Source: an uncultured Piscirickettsiaceae bacterium
GTDB taxonomy: Bacteria > Pseudomonadota > Gammaproteobacteria > GCF-002020875
Reading direction: 5' to 3'
NCBI GenBank assembly: GCA_964654355.1
Contig: CAZZIQ010000001.1
Coordinates: forward strand, 1 to 58,823
DNA length: 58,823 bases
The notes below the pieces were generated by a model. That model saw nothing but the letters and a program-made list of their open reading frames with translations. It was not told the DNA's origin and did no database searches. The translations under genes and the position numbers were made by a program. This document shows, piece by piece, positions 22,266 through 33,523 of the stretch. Within the stretch, counting starts at the first letter, position 1; each line of letters begins with the position of its first letter.

Positions 22266-23874
22266 TGATCTCGGGCCCCATCGCAAGGGTGGGCAGCCAC
22301 GTCGACAGCGCGGGTATGTAGGTGATAAGAATCAAGAACACAAACAACACCGCCACGAAAGGCATGGCGGCTTTGACCACACGTGCGAGGCTCATGCCTG
22401 TAATTCCGGATGTAACGAAGAGGTTCAGTCCAATCGGCGGGGTAATCATGCCGATTTCCATGTTCACCACCATGATGATGCCAAGATGAATGGGGTCGAT
22501 TCCGAGCTCCATCGCGATCGGAAATACGACGGGCGCGACGATTAGAAGTAACCCGGATGGCTCCATGAACTGGCCACCGAGTAACAGCAAGATGTTCACG
22601 GCGATGAGGAAGGTGAACCAGTTAAAGCCAGCACCCAGCATCCATTCGGTAATCACTTGAGGGATGCGCTCCGCAGATAGGGTATGCGCAAAGATCAAGG
22701 CATTGGCGATGATGAACATCAGCATCACTGTAGTTTTGGTCGCGTCAAGGATCACGCTTTTGGTTTCACCTCCTGCAATGGCGGGCAGGAAGCTGCGGGA
22801 CATTAGACTAAGGTTGCGCCCCCAAATGCTTAGACCTTTCCAAAGAAGATAGAGCATGAGGAGTGGGTTTGCGGTTCGGCCACGCCAGAACAAATAGATC
22901 GCCATCAGCACAACGGAAGTGATCCCTGTCCCTTGCAGGCGCAGGAGGAAGGTATCTCCCTGGCTTTTCCCTAGCGCGAAGAAGATGAGAATCAGTGCAA
23001 CCATGAAAAAGCTGAGGCCATATACGCTTGCTTTGAAGCCAATTGCTGCGGCCGAGCTGTCGGTGTTGCGTATCCAGGGTTCGTTTTTGAATGGGCCCAT
23101 GTCGCGATAGATGAAAACTGCAACAAAGGCGGAATAAACCGCGGCCGCCGCAGCCGCTTCGGTTGGCGTGAACACGCCGCCGTAGATGCCGCCCATGATG
23201 ATGACGATTAAAAACAGTCCCCAGAAGGCATCCTTTGCGGCGGTGGCCAGCTCGCTTAGCCCTTTCCAAGGTTCTGAGCCTAGCTTCTTGTAGCGAGCTA
23301 CCACATAGATCGCCAACATCAGCATCAGGCTGGCGAGAATGCCAGGAATGATGCCGGCGATGAACATACGCCCAACTGAGACATCGACAGCCGCGGCATA
23401 GACCACCATAACGATGGAAGGTGGAATCAGAATGCCGAGTGTGCCGGCATTAGCAATGACGCCAGAGGCAAATTCTTTGGTGTAGCCCACTTGCCGCATG
23501 CCGGCGATGGCAATGGTGCCAATGGCGACCACCGTGGCAGGAGAGGAGCCAGAGAGTGCGGCAAACATGGTGCATGCCAATACAGAGGCCATCGCCATGC
23601 CACCACGAAGATGGCCTACGCTGGCAATGGCGAAGCGAATCAGGCGTTTCGCGACGCCACCGGTCGACATAAAACTGGAGGCGAGAATGAAGAAGGGAAT
23701 GGCAAGCAGGGTGTAATGCGTTCCCACTCCAAATAATGAGATCGCAATAGACGAGAGCGAGTCGTCGGTGAACAGAGCGATGAACAGAATCGATGAAAGT
23801 CCAAGCGAGAGACCGACGGGCGCGCCCACCAGTAGGAAGACGAATACCATGCCAAAGAGGAAGAGGGCTTCCAT
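22255..23874 (-). CDS. dctM: TRAP transporter large permease (DctM family) with an extra membrane insertion
   Basis: 539 aa and very hydrophobic, with DctM-like blocks (LLAIPFFILAS, TGGVAKRLI, GSSPATV, FTPTEAAA, GIDPIHLGIIMVVN). It follows dctQ by 3 nt. Confidence 0.85.
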   Translation of the reverse strand: MEALFLFGMVFVFLLVGAPVGLSLGLSSILFIALFTDDSLSSIAISLFGVGTHYTLLAIPFFILASSFMSTGGVAKRLIRFAIASVGHLRGGMAMASVLACTMFAALSGSSPATVVAIGTIAIAGMRQVGYTKEFASGVIANAGTLGILIPPSIVMVVYAAAVDVSVGRMFIAGIIPGILASLMLMLAIYVVARYKKLGSEPWKGLSELATAAKDAFWGLFLIVIIMGGIYGGVFTPTEAAAAAAVYSAFVAVFIYRDMGPFKNEPWIRNTDSSAAAIGFKASVYGLSFFMVALILIFFALGKSQGDTFLLRLQGTGITSVVLMAIYLFWRGRTANPLLMLYLLWKGLSIWGRNLSLMSRSFLPAIAGGETKSVILDATKTTVMLMFIIANALIFAHTLSAERIPQVITEWMLGAGFNWFTFLIAVNILLLLGGQFMEPSGLLLIVAPVVFPIAMELGIDPIHLGIIMVVNMEIGMITPPIGLNLFVTSGITGMSLARVVKAAMPFVAVLFVFLILITYIPALSTWLPTLAMGPEIITK

Positions 23875-23877
23875 AGC

Positions 23878-24564
23878 TTAACGGGATTCGCTGGGTTCAA
23901 CGCGATGTTCGTTGACCAAGTCTTCGCTCTCGTGTCCTGCGATCACCGCATCACGTTCATCACGATAAATCTCGATCATGGCTTGTAGGCTGCGAAAAGC
24001 GAGCAATGCTAGTCCAATTGGCAGGATTATCAGGACAAGCCAGCGCTGAACGCGCTCTTTGACGCCGAAGGTTTCCTGAATGAATTCGGGCCAGCGCAGC
24101 TCTTCTGTGCCGATGTTGATCTTGTACATCTTTGACCAGTACTCGATTGCGCCAGAGCGAGAATCGATGCCTACAGACTGGAGAACGCTAGCATCGAGCA
24201 AAACAAGGCCATAGATCAGGCCTGTGGCGGCACCCAAGATGGCCAGCCCTTTGGCGATACTGCGTGGCACCAGCTTCAGAACAATATCGACCCCAAGGTG
24301 AGTGCTGCGACGAATGCCATAACTCATGCCTACCAAGATCAGCCAAGAGAACAACACCATGGTGAATTCCAGCGCAGCTGACCAGCCGGTATTGAAGAGA
24401 TAGCGTGCAACGACCTGGCCAAAAGAAACCAGTGTCAGGAGCGCCATGAGTAGGATCAGTAGGTTGTCTTCAAGTTTTTCAACAGTTCGTGGCGACAGCC
24501 GCTCCCAGATAAAGAGTACAGCAATAAATCCAAACAGAAGTAGATGTGGCGTATAGCCAGTCAT
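23878..24564 (-). CDS. dctQ: TRAP transporter small permease (DctQ family)
   Basis: 228 aa with four hydrophobic segments, located between dctP and dctM. Confidence 0.8.
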   Translation of the reverse strand: MTGYTPHLLLFGFIAVLFIWERLSPRTVEKLEDNLLILLMALLTLVSFGQVVARYLFNTGWSAALEFTMVLFSWLILVGMSYGIRRSTHLGVDIVLKLVPRSIAKGLAILGAATGLIYGLVLLDASVLQSVGIDSRSGAIEYWSKMYKINIGTEELRWPEFIQETFGVKERVQRWLVLIILPIGLALLAFRSLQAMIEIYRDERDAVIAGHESEDLVNEHRVEPSESR

Positions 24565-24628
24565 ATAAATTTACGAGACACGACGAGGCAGCGCGGAGGC
24601 TGCTTCGTCGTCACTCCTGTTGGCTTCG

Positions 24629-25618
24629 TTAGGATGCGTCAGCGTCACGAATGATGTCGGCACCAATTTGACCTTCAAACTGCTTCCAAACTGGCTTCAT
24701 CGCGTTGATCCATTGCTGACGCTGCGCAGGCGACAGGGTGCGAATCGTTCCGCCTGCATTGATGATGTTGGTGCGGTTGGCATTCTCTTTGTCTTTTACG
24801 GAGTTGTTGGCTTCCTGCGTAACATCGTTTGCGATCTTGATGAACTTGGTGCGGGTATCCGCGTCAAGGCTATTTAAGAAGTCTTTCGAAGTCATGAAGA
24901 GGTAGGCTAGCAGTTGATGATTGGTCTCCGTTGTGCCGTCTTGCACTTCAAAGAACTTCTTGGTGTAGATGTTGGACCAGGTGTTTTCCTGTCCATCCAC
25001 AACGCCAGTTTGTAGTGCACCGTAGACTTCCTTGAAGGCCATCGGCTGGGGAGAGGCGCCCATCGCCGCAATCATGGCTTTAGCAACATCCGAGTTTTGT
25101 ACACGGAACTTGAGTCCATTGGCATCCTTGGGAGTAAGCAGAGGTTTGTTGGCGGAGAAATGCTTCATGCCGGACATCCAGTAACCCAGTCCTACAAAGC
25201 CAACATCTTCCATGGCGTTCAGCAACTTTTGACCGGTTTTGGATTGGGTGAAGCGCATGGCAGCATCAATATCTTCGAAAATGAAGGGCAGGTCGAAGAC
25301 ACCATATTTCGGAGTGTACGAGCCGAATTTAGAGAGCGAGGGTGCAAGTAACTGAACATCCCCCAGAAGCAGCGCTTCGAGCTCTTTTGAGTCACCAAAC
25401 AGACTGCTGCTTGGATATACCTGTACGCACATTACGCCATTGAGTTCAGCATTCACGCGCTCGGCGAACTTATTTGACGCCACCACTTTGGGATGTGTAG
25501 TGCCGCCGGTGACATGTGAGAGTTTTACGACTCGTTCGCCAGGGTCGCAGTTTGCGCTGGCGATGTTGGCGCTGAGTGCGAGCGCCAGTGATGATAAGAC
25601 CATGGTTAGTTTCTTCAT
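24629..25618 (-). CDS. dctP: TRAP transporter substrate-binding protein (DctP family)
   Basis: 329 aa with a signal peptide (LALALSANIASA) and DctP-like sequence (VQVYPSSSLFGDSKELEALLLGDVQLLAPS..FDLPFIF). Confidence 0.85.
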   Translation of the reverse strand: MKKLTMVLSSLALALSANIASANCDPGERVVKLSHVTGGTTHPKVVASNKFAERVNAELNGVMCVQVYPSSSLFGDSKELEALLLGDVQLLAPSLSKFGSYTPKYGVFDLPFIFEDIDAAMRFTQSKTGQKLLNAMEDVGFVGLGYWMSGMKHFSANKPLLTPKDANGLKFRVQNSDVAKAMIAAMGASPQPMAFKEVYGALQTGVVDGQENTWSNIYTKKFFEVQDGTTETNHQLLAYLFMTSKDFLNSLDADTRTKFIKIANDVTQEANNSVKDKENANRTNIINAGGTIRTLSPAQRQQWINAMKPVWKQFEGQIGADIIRDADAS

Positions 25619-25736
25619 TGTGACGCTCCTCCGGGGTGGATTGAATCGCCTTTATCTACAAACTTGTGAGCCTTGTAAATAGGGCATGTGAATTTGTCGC
25701 TGCATCAGAGTCGGCTGCAATTCTGATGGACGGCGG

Positions 25737-28112
25737 CTAAGTCTTGCTCAGCCGTAACCATGTCGACAGTACGCTGTCGGGGTTCAGAGACAGGCTATCA
25801 ATGCCTTGTTGCATCAGCCATGCGGCAAGCTCGGGGTGATCCGAGGGCGCCTGCCCACATATGCCGACATATTTTCCGGCTTTTTTGCAAGCGGCAATGG
25901 CTTCTGCGAGTAGTTTCATTACGGCTGGGTCGCGCTCATCAAAGCGATGAGCAACCAAGCCTGAATCACGGTCGACACCGAGCGTAAGCTGGGTCAAGTC
26001 ATTGGATCCAATCGAGAAACCATCGAAATGCTCGAGGAATTGTTCTGCGAGCAAAACATTCGCAGGAATCTCGCACATCATGATGATCTTTACGCCTTCG
26101 CTGCGACGTAAGCCGTTGTCTGCAAGTAGCGCAACGACTTCGCGTGCCTCATCCAGCGTCCGTACGAACGGCACCATGACTTGCACGTTGTCGAGCCCCA
26201 TGTCTTCGCGTACTGCCTTGAGCGCCTGACACTCAAGCGCAAACGAGCCAGCAAAGTCTTTGGATAAATAGCGACTGGCGCCACGGAAACCGAGCATGGG
26301 ATTTTCTTCGGTAGGCTCGAAATTTTTCCCTCCAATGAGATGCGCATATTCATTAGATTTGAAATCCGAAAGGCGCACGATGACAGGATGCGGGGCAAAA
26401 GCAGCGGCGAGACTGCTAATGCCTTCGCGCAATTTCTCAACAAAGAATTCCGCCGGTGTGGCATAGCCACGGGTGCGCTCATCAATCGCGCTCTGCACAT
26501 CTTCCGAAATCGCATCTGGCTCGAGTAATGCGCGTGGATGAATGCCAATGCTGTTGCTGATGATGAACTCAAGTCGTGCGAGCCCGATTCCGCGATGAGG
26601 TAGCCGAGCGAAATCGAAGGCGCGCTCGGGGTTGCCAACATTCATCATGATCCGAACCCCCGGCTCGGGGAGGTCGCCGATATCCGTTTCAATGTGTTGG
26701 AAGGCGAGTTTTCCAGCGTAGACGCGACCGGTTTCGCCTTCGGCACAGGAAACGGTCACCGTCTGGTCGTCTTCAAGACGATCGGTGGCGTCACCGCAGC
26801 CAACAATGGCCGGAATGCCCAGTTCGCGAGCGATGATTGCGGCATGGCAAGTGCGTCCACCACGGTTGGTGACGATGGCGGAGGCTTTTTTCATCACCGG
26901 TTCCCAGTCAGGATCGGTCATGTCGGTCACGAGCACATCGCCGGCCTGCACGCGTTGCATCTCACGCACGCTGGGAATGATGCGTACTGGACCTTGACCA
27001 ATACGTCCACCAATGGCGCGCCCTTCGACCAGAACTGCTCCTTCTTCTTCGAGTCTGTATTCTTCGATACAGAGTGCGGATTCCCGACTTCGCACGGTTT
27101 CGGGGCGCGCTTGCACGATATATAGCGCGCCGGTGTTGCCATCTTTCGCCCATTCAATATCCATGGGCTTCTGGTAATGCTGTTCGATGGCGATCGCCAT
27201 TTCCGCCAAACGGCTTGCTTCGGCTTCGTCGACACAAAAGCGCTGTTGCTCAGCCTTGGTAGTCTCAATGACTTCTACTGGCGAGCCGCCGTCGCGGTTA
27301 TCTCGATAGATCATGCGCAGTTTCTTGCTACCGAGTGTTTTACGTAGCAGAGCTCGCTTGTGCGAATGTACCGCTGGTTTGTAGATTAAGAACTCATCGG
27401 GATTGACCTGGCCTTGGACGATGGTTTCACCGAGCCCCCAGGCTCCTGTGATCAACACGGCGTCGCGAAAGCCTGATTCGGTATCGAGGGTGAAAATGAC
27501 GCCGCTTGCGCCGAGGTCACTGCGGACCATTTGTTGCACGCCAGCGGAAAGCGCAACGCTGTGATGATCAAAGCCTTGATGAACACGGTAGGCGATGGCG
27601 CGATCGTTATAGAGTGAGGCAAAGACATGTCGAATGCGTTCCAGTACCGCATCAATGCCGCGCACATTTAGATACGTTTCTTGTTGGCCGGCAAAGGATG
27701 CATCGGGCAGATCTTCTGCCGTCGCAGATGAGCGCACGGCACAGGACAAGCTGCCAGCGCTAATAGTTTCAAGGCGTTGGTGCGCATCGCGAATGGCTTG
27801 TTCAAGTTCGGCAGGCAGCGTTGCTTGTGCAACCCAGCTACGGATCTCAAGCCCAGTCTGTTCGAGCGCGGCGAGGTCTTCGATGTCGAGCGCATCAAGC
27901 TCTTGTTGAATTCGTGTCGTAAGCTGGTTGTGTTCGAGGAAAGCGCGAAACGCATGTGCAGTTGTTGCATAACCAAGGGGGACCTGGACGCCGAGTGGAG
28001 CCAGGTGCTGGATCATCTCGCCGAGCGAAGCGTTCTTACCGCCCACAATCTCAACGTCCTGCATGCCTGCATGCGCGAGATCGATCACCCATTCCTTTGC
28101 ATGTTGTTCCAT
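25737..28112 (-). CDS. ppsA: Phosphoenolpyruvate synthase
   Basis: [11 protein letters not shown] and the phospho-histidine region [21 protein letters not shown]. The ATG at 28112 is preceded by GAGGA and gives 791 aa, against ~792 aa for E. coli PpsA. The tracked start at 28211 is probably an over-extension. Confidence 0.95.
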   Translation of the reverse strand: MEQHAKEWVIDLAHAGMQDVEIVGGKNASLGEMIQHLAPLGVQVPLGYATTAHAFRAFLEHNQLTTRIQQELDALDIEDLAALEQTGLEIRSWVAQATLPAELEQAIRDAHQRLETISAGSLSCAVRSSATAEDLPDASFAGQQETYLNVRGIDAVLERIRHVFASLYNDRAIAYRVHQGFDHHSVALSAGVQQMVRSDLGASGVIFTLDTESGFRDAVLITGAWGLGETIVQGQVNPDEFLIYKPAVHSHKRALLRKTLGSKKLRMIYRDNRDGGSPVEVIETTKAEQQRFCVDEAEASRLAEMAIAIEQHYQKPMDIEWAKDGNTGALYIVQARPETVRSRESALCIEEYRLEEEGAVLVEGRAIGGRIGQGPVRIIPSVREMQRVQAGDVLVTDMTDPDWEPVMKKASAIVTNRGGRTCHAAIIARELGIPAIVGCGDATDRLEDDQTVTVSCAEGETGRVYAGKLAFQHIETDIGDLPEPGVRIMMNVGNPERAFDFARLPHRGIGLARLEFIISNSIGIHPRALLEPDAISEDVQSAIDERTRGYATPAEFFVEKLREGISSLAAAFAPHPVIVRLSDFKSNEYAHLIGGKNFEPTEENPMLGFRGASRYLSKDFAGSFALECQALKAVREDMGLDNVQVMVPFVRTLDEAREVVALLADNGLRRSEGVKIIMMCEIPANVLLAEQFLEHFDGFSIGSNDLTQLTLGVDRDSGLVAHRFDERDPAVMKLLAEAIAACKKAGKYVGICGQAPSDHPELAAWLMQQGIDSLSLNPDSVLSTWLRLSKT

Positions 28113-28260
28113 CCCGTCCTCGTGTGTTTGGTTTCTTGTTGTAACGACGCCGGTTTGCGGTTCGGCAGGGACTGGTTGATCATCCTGCAAACGGGATGAC
28201 ATTTCTACCATGCGGTGATTTACCGTTTCTCCTTTTTTATTTGTACTCAGGGCCTTCGCT

Positions 28261-29070
28261 ATGACTAAGCGCGCGGTTTATTTTGTTTCGGATGGCACGG
28301 GCTTCACGGCGCGTGCGATGGGGCGCAGCCTGCTGAGTCAATTCTCGATCGAGTGGGAAGGGCATTTGCTGCCAGATTGTGCCGAGTCAGGGGTGTTGGA
28401 GAACTGCATCGCGAACTTCGCCAGCAATCCAAGTCAAGAGCTCCCAATTGTGTTCGCCACCCTAATTGATCCGGCGGCATTGCAGCGTCTACGCGAGGCC
28501 AATTGCATCCTGATCGACCTCATGGCGCAGCCCTTGCAGGAGCTTTCGACAGCATTGCATCTGAACCGGCAGGCGCGGCGTGGGCATACCCATGGAATGG
28601 AGAACCTCGCCAACTACGATGAGCGGATGGATGCGGTGCAGTTTGCGCTCAATCTGGATGATGGCATGCGTCCTGATCGTTACGAGCAGGCCGACCTCGT
28701 GCTGACTGGGGTTTCTCGTGTTGGTAAAACGCCAACAGCCATGTACCTGGCGATTCAGTTTGGCTTGCGAGTGGCGAATGATCCATTGATCCCGGAGGAT
28801 CTCGAGAGCGAGCGCTTACCGGAACGCTTGTTGCGGGTGCGAGAACGCGTTGTTGGGCTTACGATTGAGCCGCAGCGATTACAGGCGGTGCGCCAAGCGC
28901 GTCGCCCGGATAGTTCGTATGCGGCGTTGGAGACCTGTCAAAAAGAATTGCGTGCCGCAACGACGCAGTTCCAGCACGCTGGGATTCCGGTGTTTGACAC
29001 CAGCCGCCACTCGATTGAGGAGTTGGCGGCAGCCATCTTGCACGTGCGCGACCCGCGTGGGGTCATTTAA
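28261..29070 (+). CDS. ppsR: PEP synthase regulatory protein (PpsR, DUF299 kinase/pyrophosphorylase)
   Basis: [12 protein letters not shown] and the P-loop-like [15 protein letters not shown]. It is divergent from ppsA, as in E. coli ydiA-ppsA. Confidence 0.9.
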   Translation: MTKRAVYFVSDGTGFTARAMGRSLLSQFSIEWEGHLLPDCAESGVLENCIANFASNPSQELPIVFATLIDPAALQRLREANCILIDLMAQPLQELSTALHLNRQARRGHTHGMENLANYDERMDAVQFALNLDDGMRPDRYEQADLVLTGVSRVGKTPTAMYLAIQFGLRVANDPLIPEDLESERLPERLLRVRERVVGLTIEPQRLQAVRQARRPDSSYAALETCQKELRAATTQFQHAGIPVFDTSRHSIEELAAAILHVRDPRGVI

Positions 29071-29075
29071 CGCGG

Positions 29076-30158
29076 CTACTTAATCCGCTCGACCTTGTCC
29101 GCCTGTGGGTCTGGCAGCGTGTAAGGCAGGCTGCCGACCTGTACGGGAATCGAGTGCGCATCGTCAAAGAAGATATCGCCACGCTCCGCCGCGGCGATTT
29201 CCAATACAGCAAGACCTTCCCATTCGTCATCGCCGTTGCGTTGCGCATCTACGATCTTGCCGGCGCCTTGTCCAGATTTACTGCCAGGCGAGTGCAGATC
29301 CATGCCCGGTAAAACCAGGTCATCGGTTTTAAAGAGGATAGGAAACATGCGCCGCTTCAGGGTGCCTAGGTATTGCATGCGGGCGACCACTTCTTGGCCG
29401 GGGTAACAACCCTTGGTGAAGCTGACGCCATTGAGTACTTCAAAGTTGAGCATTTGTGGCACGAACGCCTCTTGGGTTTCGCCACGCACCTGCGGTACGC
29501 CCGCGCGGATCTTGAGTAGGCGCCAAGCAAATGCGCCGACGGGGCGAGCTTGAACTTGCAGCTGGGTCCAGAGCTTTTGGGCATGGTCTGGATTGCAGAG
29601 AATCAAAAAGCGCGGCCGCTCACCAGAAAGGCGGATGATGCTGTAGTTGGGCTGCGTGACACAGGCATCGACCTCGCTTGGGATCTCATCGACCACACTG
29701 GCGAGTAGTTGATCGGCGCGGTTACCCGCCAATCCGAACTGCACCCAAGCGTCGCTATCATCCTCAACGGTTACCTTCGCACGTAGAACGAACATGCGTA
29801 GTCGCTTGAGCGTGCTTTCTGCCAGTTCCATCGGAAGGTGGAGGTAATAACGGTCGCCACGCTGAACGATGCGCATCGTGGCGAGGACGCGACCTTTGGC
29901 GCTGCACCACGCACTCCGCTGGCTATGCGTTTCGCTTACAGCGTGGATGTCATTGGTGAACTGACCCTGGAGGAAGCTTGCGGCCTCAGTGTCATGTACG
30001 CTGATCAGGGCGTTATGAGAGAGGTCGGCGATCACGAGGCCGTTGCGGACGAGATGAAGCTCATCCTGTGGCGCGCCGTAGTCGCGGACTCGGTAGGGCA
30101 CGGCCGTATCAAACTCTGCGCCAACATCTTGCAGAAAGGCTTTCCAGTCTTCACGCAT
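29076..30158 (-). CDS. ygfZ: Folate-binding Fe-S cluster repair / tRNA-modifying protein YgfZ family
   Basis: 360 aa, aminomethyltransferase-like, with the KGCYPGQE motif (here FTKGCYPGQEVVARMQY) typical of YgfZ. Confidence 0.8.
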   Translation of the reverse strand: MREDWKAFLQDVGAEFDTAVPYRVRDYGAPQDELHLVRNGLVIADLSHNALISVHDTEAASFLQGQFTNDIHAVSETHSQRSAWCSAKGRVLATMRIVQRGDRYYLHLPMELAESTLKRLRMFVLRAKVTVEDDSDAWVQFGLAGNRADQLLASVVDEIPSEVDACVTQPNYSIIRLSGERPRFLILCNPDHAQKLWTQLQVQARPVGAFAWRLLKIRAGVPQVRGETQEAFVPQMLNFEVLNGVSFTKGCYPGQEVVARMQYLGTLKRRMFPILFKTDDLVLPGMDLHSPGSKSGQGAGKIVDAQRNGDDEWEGLAVLEIAAAERGDIFFDDAHSIPVQVGSLPYTLPDPQADKVERIK

Positions 30159-30323
30159 GGGAGATTCTCGGTAGAAAGTGGCTGTAAGGGAGTGTCTCCA
30201 GTCTGGGGTTCTTGCAGCAGAATCTCAAGCCCATCAGTCGTTTCAGATTCGCCCTACAGGATGCTTGAGCGGCGTGTGGTGACGATCTATGCTTGTGCAG
30301 TGGCAACCTCGACACATTCCTCC

Positions 30324-30686
30324 ATGAAATCTGCAAAAGCGCCTTTGTATTTGCAGCTCTGGCGAATGCGTTTCCCGTCGACCGCGATTGCTTCCATTCT
30401 CCATCGTATTTCTGGGGTCATCCTGTTTCTAACCCTACCTTTGCTCGCGCTGTTGGTCAGTGACCTTCTGGTGGGTGAAAGCATGGCTGCTTGGGCGACC
30501 CCGATGTGGCAGGCCCTGTGGCTGCTGCTGATTTGGGCGTGGACGCATCACATGGTTGCGGGCATTCGCTTGTTACTTGCTGACTTCCATTGGGCAATGG
30601 GTGCAGCGGCTGCGCGTATGAGTGCTTGGCTGGTGATCTTCATCTCACCGCTGATTGCGTTTGGGCTGTGGGTGGGGTTGTTCTGA
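30324..30686 (+). CDS. sdhC: Succinate dehydrogenase cytochrome b556 subunit
   Basis: MRFPSTAIASILHRISGVILF matches E. coli SdhC (IRFPITAIASILHRVSGVI). The tracked ORF start at 29838 overlaps ygfZ antisense. The ATG at 30324 gives 120 aa. Confidence 0.9.
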   Translation: MKSAKAPLYLQLWRMRFPSTAIASILHRISGVILFLTLPLLALLVSDLLVGESMAAWATPMWQALWLLLIWAWTHHMVAGIRLLLADFHWAMGAAAARMSAWLVIFISPLIAFGLWVGLF

Positions 30687-31009
30687 TGCGCTTATTTAGT
30701 GGCTTGCGCGCTTGGTTGTTGCAGCGCATCAGCGCCGTCTTCTTCTTGCTATTTGGCGCTTACCTTGCATCGAGCCTGCCTTGGCAGCAAGCGAGCGCCG
30801 CGTGGGTGGCGTGGTTCACCCCGAGTCATCGTTTGTTGGTTGTGGCGGCTGTGTGGTTCATTCTTGGGCATGCTTGGGTCGGCCTGCGTAATGTGTTGAT
30901 GGATTATATTCATGCGCCTGCGCTGCGACTGACGCTGATGCTAGGGGTGGCTTCGGTGCTGCTGATACAAGCCTTTTGGTGGGTGCAACTCATGGGAATC
31001 CCCGCATGA
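30686..31009 (+). CDS. sdhD: Succinate dehydrogenase hydrophobic membrane anchor
   Basis: [21 protein letters not shown] matches E. coli SdhD ([21 protein letters not shown]). The start forms a TGATG overlap with sdhC. Confidence 0.88.
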   Translation: MRLFSGLRAWLLQRISAVFFLLFGAYLASSLPWQQASAAWVAWFTPSHRLLVVAAVWFILGHAWVGLRNVLMDYIHAPALRLTLMLGVASVLLIQAFWWVQLMGIPA

Positions 31010-32778
31010 ACGCAGCCGCTGTAGAAATTCGTCAGTTTGATGCGCTGATCCTTGGTGCGGGTGGTGCGGGCTTGCGCGCAGCCCTGCGCTTGGCCGAGAC
31101 AGGTGCGCGAGTCGCAGTGGTGTCCAAGGTGTATCCGACGCGTTCGCATACGGTTGCAGCACAGGGCGGCATCAATGCGGCCTTAGCCAATGTAACACCT
31201 GATCACTGGCACTGGCATTTCTATGACACGGTCAAGGGCAGTGACTGGCTCGGCGATCAAGACGCGATTGAATACATGTGCCGTCAAGCTTCGCGCTTGG
31301 TGATTGAACTTGAGCATGCCGGTGTGCCCTTTTCACGTTTGGATGATGGGCGGATTTATCAGCGTGCGTTCGGCGGGCAAACCCAGAACTTTGGTGGTGA
31401 ACAGGCGGCGCGCACGTGTGCGGCGGCGGATCGCACGGGTCATGCCATCCTGCATACCTTGTATCAGCAGAACCTCAAAGCACGAACGTTCTTTTTTGAT
31501 GAAGTGTTTGCGCTGGACCTGCTTACCAATGAGCGGGGGCATGTGCAGGGCGCTAGCGTATTGTCGTTACAAACCGGGGAGCCCATGTTGTTGCAGGCAC
31601 GCACAACACTGTTGGCAACCGGTGGCGTTGGTCAGATGTACCGTACCAATACCAACGCGCGCATCAACACCGGTGACGGTATGGCGATGGCATTGCGTGC
31701 GGGTATTCCGTTGCAAGACATGGAATTTATCCAATTCCATCCCACCGGCGTTGCCGGTAAGGGCATGTTGCTTTCTGAGAGCGCGCGCGGGGAAGGTGGA
31801 TATTTGATGAACAGCGAAGGTGAGCGCTTCATGGAGCGTTATGCGCCGAAAGCTAAAGACCTTGCCAGTCGTGATGTGGTCAGTCGTGCGATTTATCAAG
31901 AGATCGCAGCAGGGCGGGGTTGCGGCCCAGACAAGGATCACGTCCTACTTAAGGTTGATCACTTGGGTGAAAAAGTAGTGGCCTCCCGGCTGCCCGCCAT
32001 TCGCGAAAGCGCAAAGATTTTTGCTGGGGTAGATATGGCCAAGGCGCCCGTGCCAGTTTTCCCGACGGCGCACTACACCATGGGAGGCATCCCCACGAAC
32101 TATCGAGGTCAAGTCGTAGTTCCTGCAGGTCATGGTGAAGAGCCGGTTCCGGGGTTGTATGCCGTGGGCGAGTGTGCCTGTGTCTCTGTCCATGGTGCAA
32201 ATCGTTTGGGTGGAAACTCTTTGTTGGATTTGATTGTGTTTGGTCATGCCGCGGGCGAAGAAATGGCTGAGGCCTTGCGTGAGAGTGATCCGGCACAGCC
32301 GCTTACTGACGGGGCCCGTGAGCAGGGTTTGCGTCGTTATCAGCGTTGGGCGGAGACAAGTGAAGGAGGCGAGTCTATTCCGCAATTGCGTGCCGAATTG
32401 CAGCGCACCATGGAAAAACATTGTGGTGTCTATCGCGACGCGGAAACCTTGCAGGCTGGGATTGAAGCCGTGCAGGCTTTGCGTGCGCGTTACGATCAAG
32501 CGCGCCTTGAAGATGATTCCAAGGTATTCAATACCGCGCGGATCGAAGCGCTGGAATTAGGCAACCTCTTGGATTGTGCCTTGGCGACGATTCATTCGGC
32601 GGCTGCGCGGACGGAGAGTCGCGGCGCGCATAGTCGGGTGGATTATCCAGAGCGCGATGATCGCAACTGGCTGCGTCATACTCAGTTCTTTCTCAAAGAT
32701 GCGAAGGTCGAGAGCAAGCCGGTGCGGTTGCGCCCCTTGAGCGTGGAATCAGTGCCGCCACAGGAGCGCGTGTACTGA
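31006..32778 (+). CDS. sdhA: Succinate dehydrogenase flavoprotein subunit
   Basis: [28 protein letters not shown] (covalent-FAD His region) and HPTG. The ATG at 31006 forms an ATGA overlap with sdhD. Confidence 0.96.
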   Translation: MNAAAVEIRQFDALILGAGGAGLRAALRLAETGARVAVVSKVYPTRSHTVAAQGGINAALANVTPDHWHWHFYDTVKGSDWLGDQDAIEYMCRQASRLVIELEHAGVPFSRLDDGRIYQRAFGGQTQNFGGEQAARTCAAADRTGHAILHTLYQQNLKARTFFFDEVFALDLLTNERGHVQGASVLSLQTGEPMLLQARTTLLATGGVGQMYRTNTNARINTGDGMAMALRAGIPLQDMEFIQFHPTGVAGKGMLLSESARGEGGYLMNSEGERFMERYAPKAKDLASRDVVSRAIYQEIAAGRGCGPDKDHVLLKVDHLGEKVVASRLPAIRESAKIFAGVDMAKAPVPVFPTAHYTMGGIPTNYRGQVVVPAGHGEEPVPGLYAVGECACVSVHGANRLGGNSLLDLIVFGHAAGEEMAEALRESDPAQPLTDGAREQGLRRYQRWAETSEGGESIPQLRAELQRTMEKHCGVYRDAETLQAGIEAVQALRARYDQARLEDDSKVFNTARIEALELGNLLDCALATIHSAAARTESRGAHSRVDYPERDDRNWLRHTQFFLKDAKVESKPVRLRPLSVESVPPQERVY

Positions 32779-33491
32779 TGGCTGCGGAACTCACGCTCGA
32801 GGTGTATCGCTATTTGCCAGAGCAGGACGCTGCGCCGCGCATGCAGGCCTTTACGATCCCATCCGCAGTCGTGCGGAACGACTGGATGGTGCGAGATGCC
32901 TTGATCTGGGTTCAGGAACATCTGGATTCGACCTTGGCGTTTCGTCATTCCTGCGGTGAGGGTGTGTGTGGCTCAGATGGGTTGCATATCAATGGCCGCA
33001 ATCAATTGGCTTGCATTACCCGAATTGCTGAACTGAAGTCTCCGATTAGTATTCGTCCGCTCCCCGGCATGCCGGTGGTGCGTGACTTGGTGGTGAACAT
33101 GGATGGTTTCTGGGCAGGGTATCGTGAGGTGGAACCGTGGTTGCAAAGCTCCCATCCGCAAACCGAGCGTGAGCAGCGCCAGAGCCCCGAACAGCGCGAA
33201 GCGCTCGACGGTCTGTATGAATGCATTTTGTGTGGCTGTTGTACCGCAGCCTGTCCGTCCTGGTGGTGGAATCCAGATCAATACCCGGGTCCGGCAGCCC
33301 TACTAGCAGCAACACGGTTTGTCGCAGACTCGCGCGATGATCGAGCTATGGAGCGTTTGGATGCACTGGATGATCCAATGAAACTGTTTCGTTGCCACTC
33401 GATCATGTCCTGTACGCAAGTCTGTCCAAAGGGTCTCAATCCAGCGCGTGCGATTGGAGAGCTGCGCAGTCGTTTGCTTAAGGGCAAGTGA
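32778..33491 (+). CDS. sdhB: Succinate dehydrogenase iron-sulfur subunit
   Basis: CGEGVCGSDGLHINGRNQLAC (2Fe-2S, with Asp in place of the third Cys as in E. coli), CILCGCCTAACP and CHSIMSCTQVCPKG. Confidence 0.95.
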   Translation: MAAELTLEVYRYLPEQDAAPRMQAFTIPSAVVRNDWMVRDALIWVQEHLDSTLAFRHSCGEGVCGSDGLHINGRNQLACITRIAELKSPISIRPLPGMPVVRDLVVNMDGFWAGYREVEPWLQSSHPQTEREQRQSPEQREALDGLYECILCGCCTAACPSWWWNPDQYPGPAALLAATRFVADSRDDRAMERLDALDDPMKLFRCHSIMSCTQVCPKGLNPARAIGELRSRLLKGK

Positions 33492-33523
33492 ATTCCTTCA
33501 GTTCGATGGTCCGAGCGATGCCC

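Noticed and set aside
25703-25728. Hairpin CATCAGA-N12-TCTGATG just downstream of ppsA, considered as its terminator.
   Set aside because: It has a 12-nt loop and no U-tract on the minus-strand transcript. It is at best a weak or Rho-assisted site, so it is not listed as a feature.
29838-30323. Long 5' extension of the sdhC ORF (the tracked ORF is 282 aa). Similar extensions affect sdhD (30590), sdhA (30976), nlpD (10591), recJ (16716), surE (8776), rseB (36859) and degP (38352).
   Set aside because: The extensions overlap upstream genes or terminators and lack similarity to the families. Internal ATG or GTG codons in ATGA/TGATG coupling positions give proteins of canonical length.
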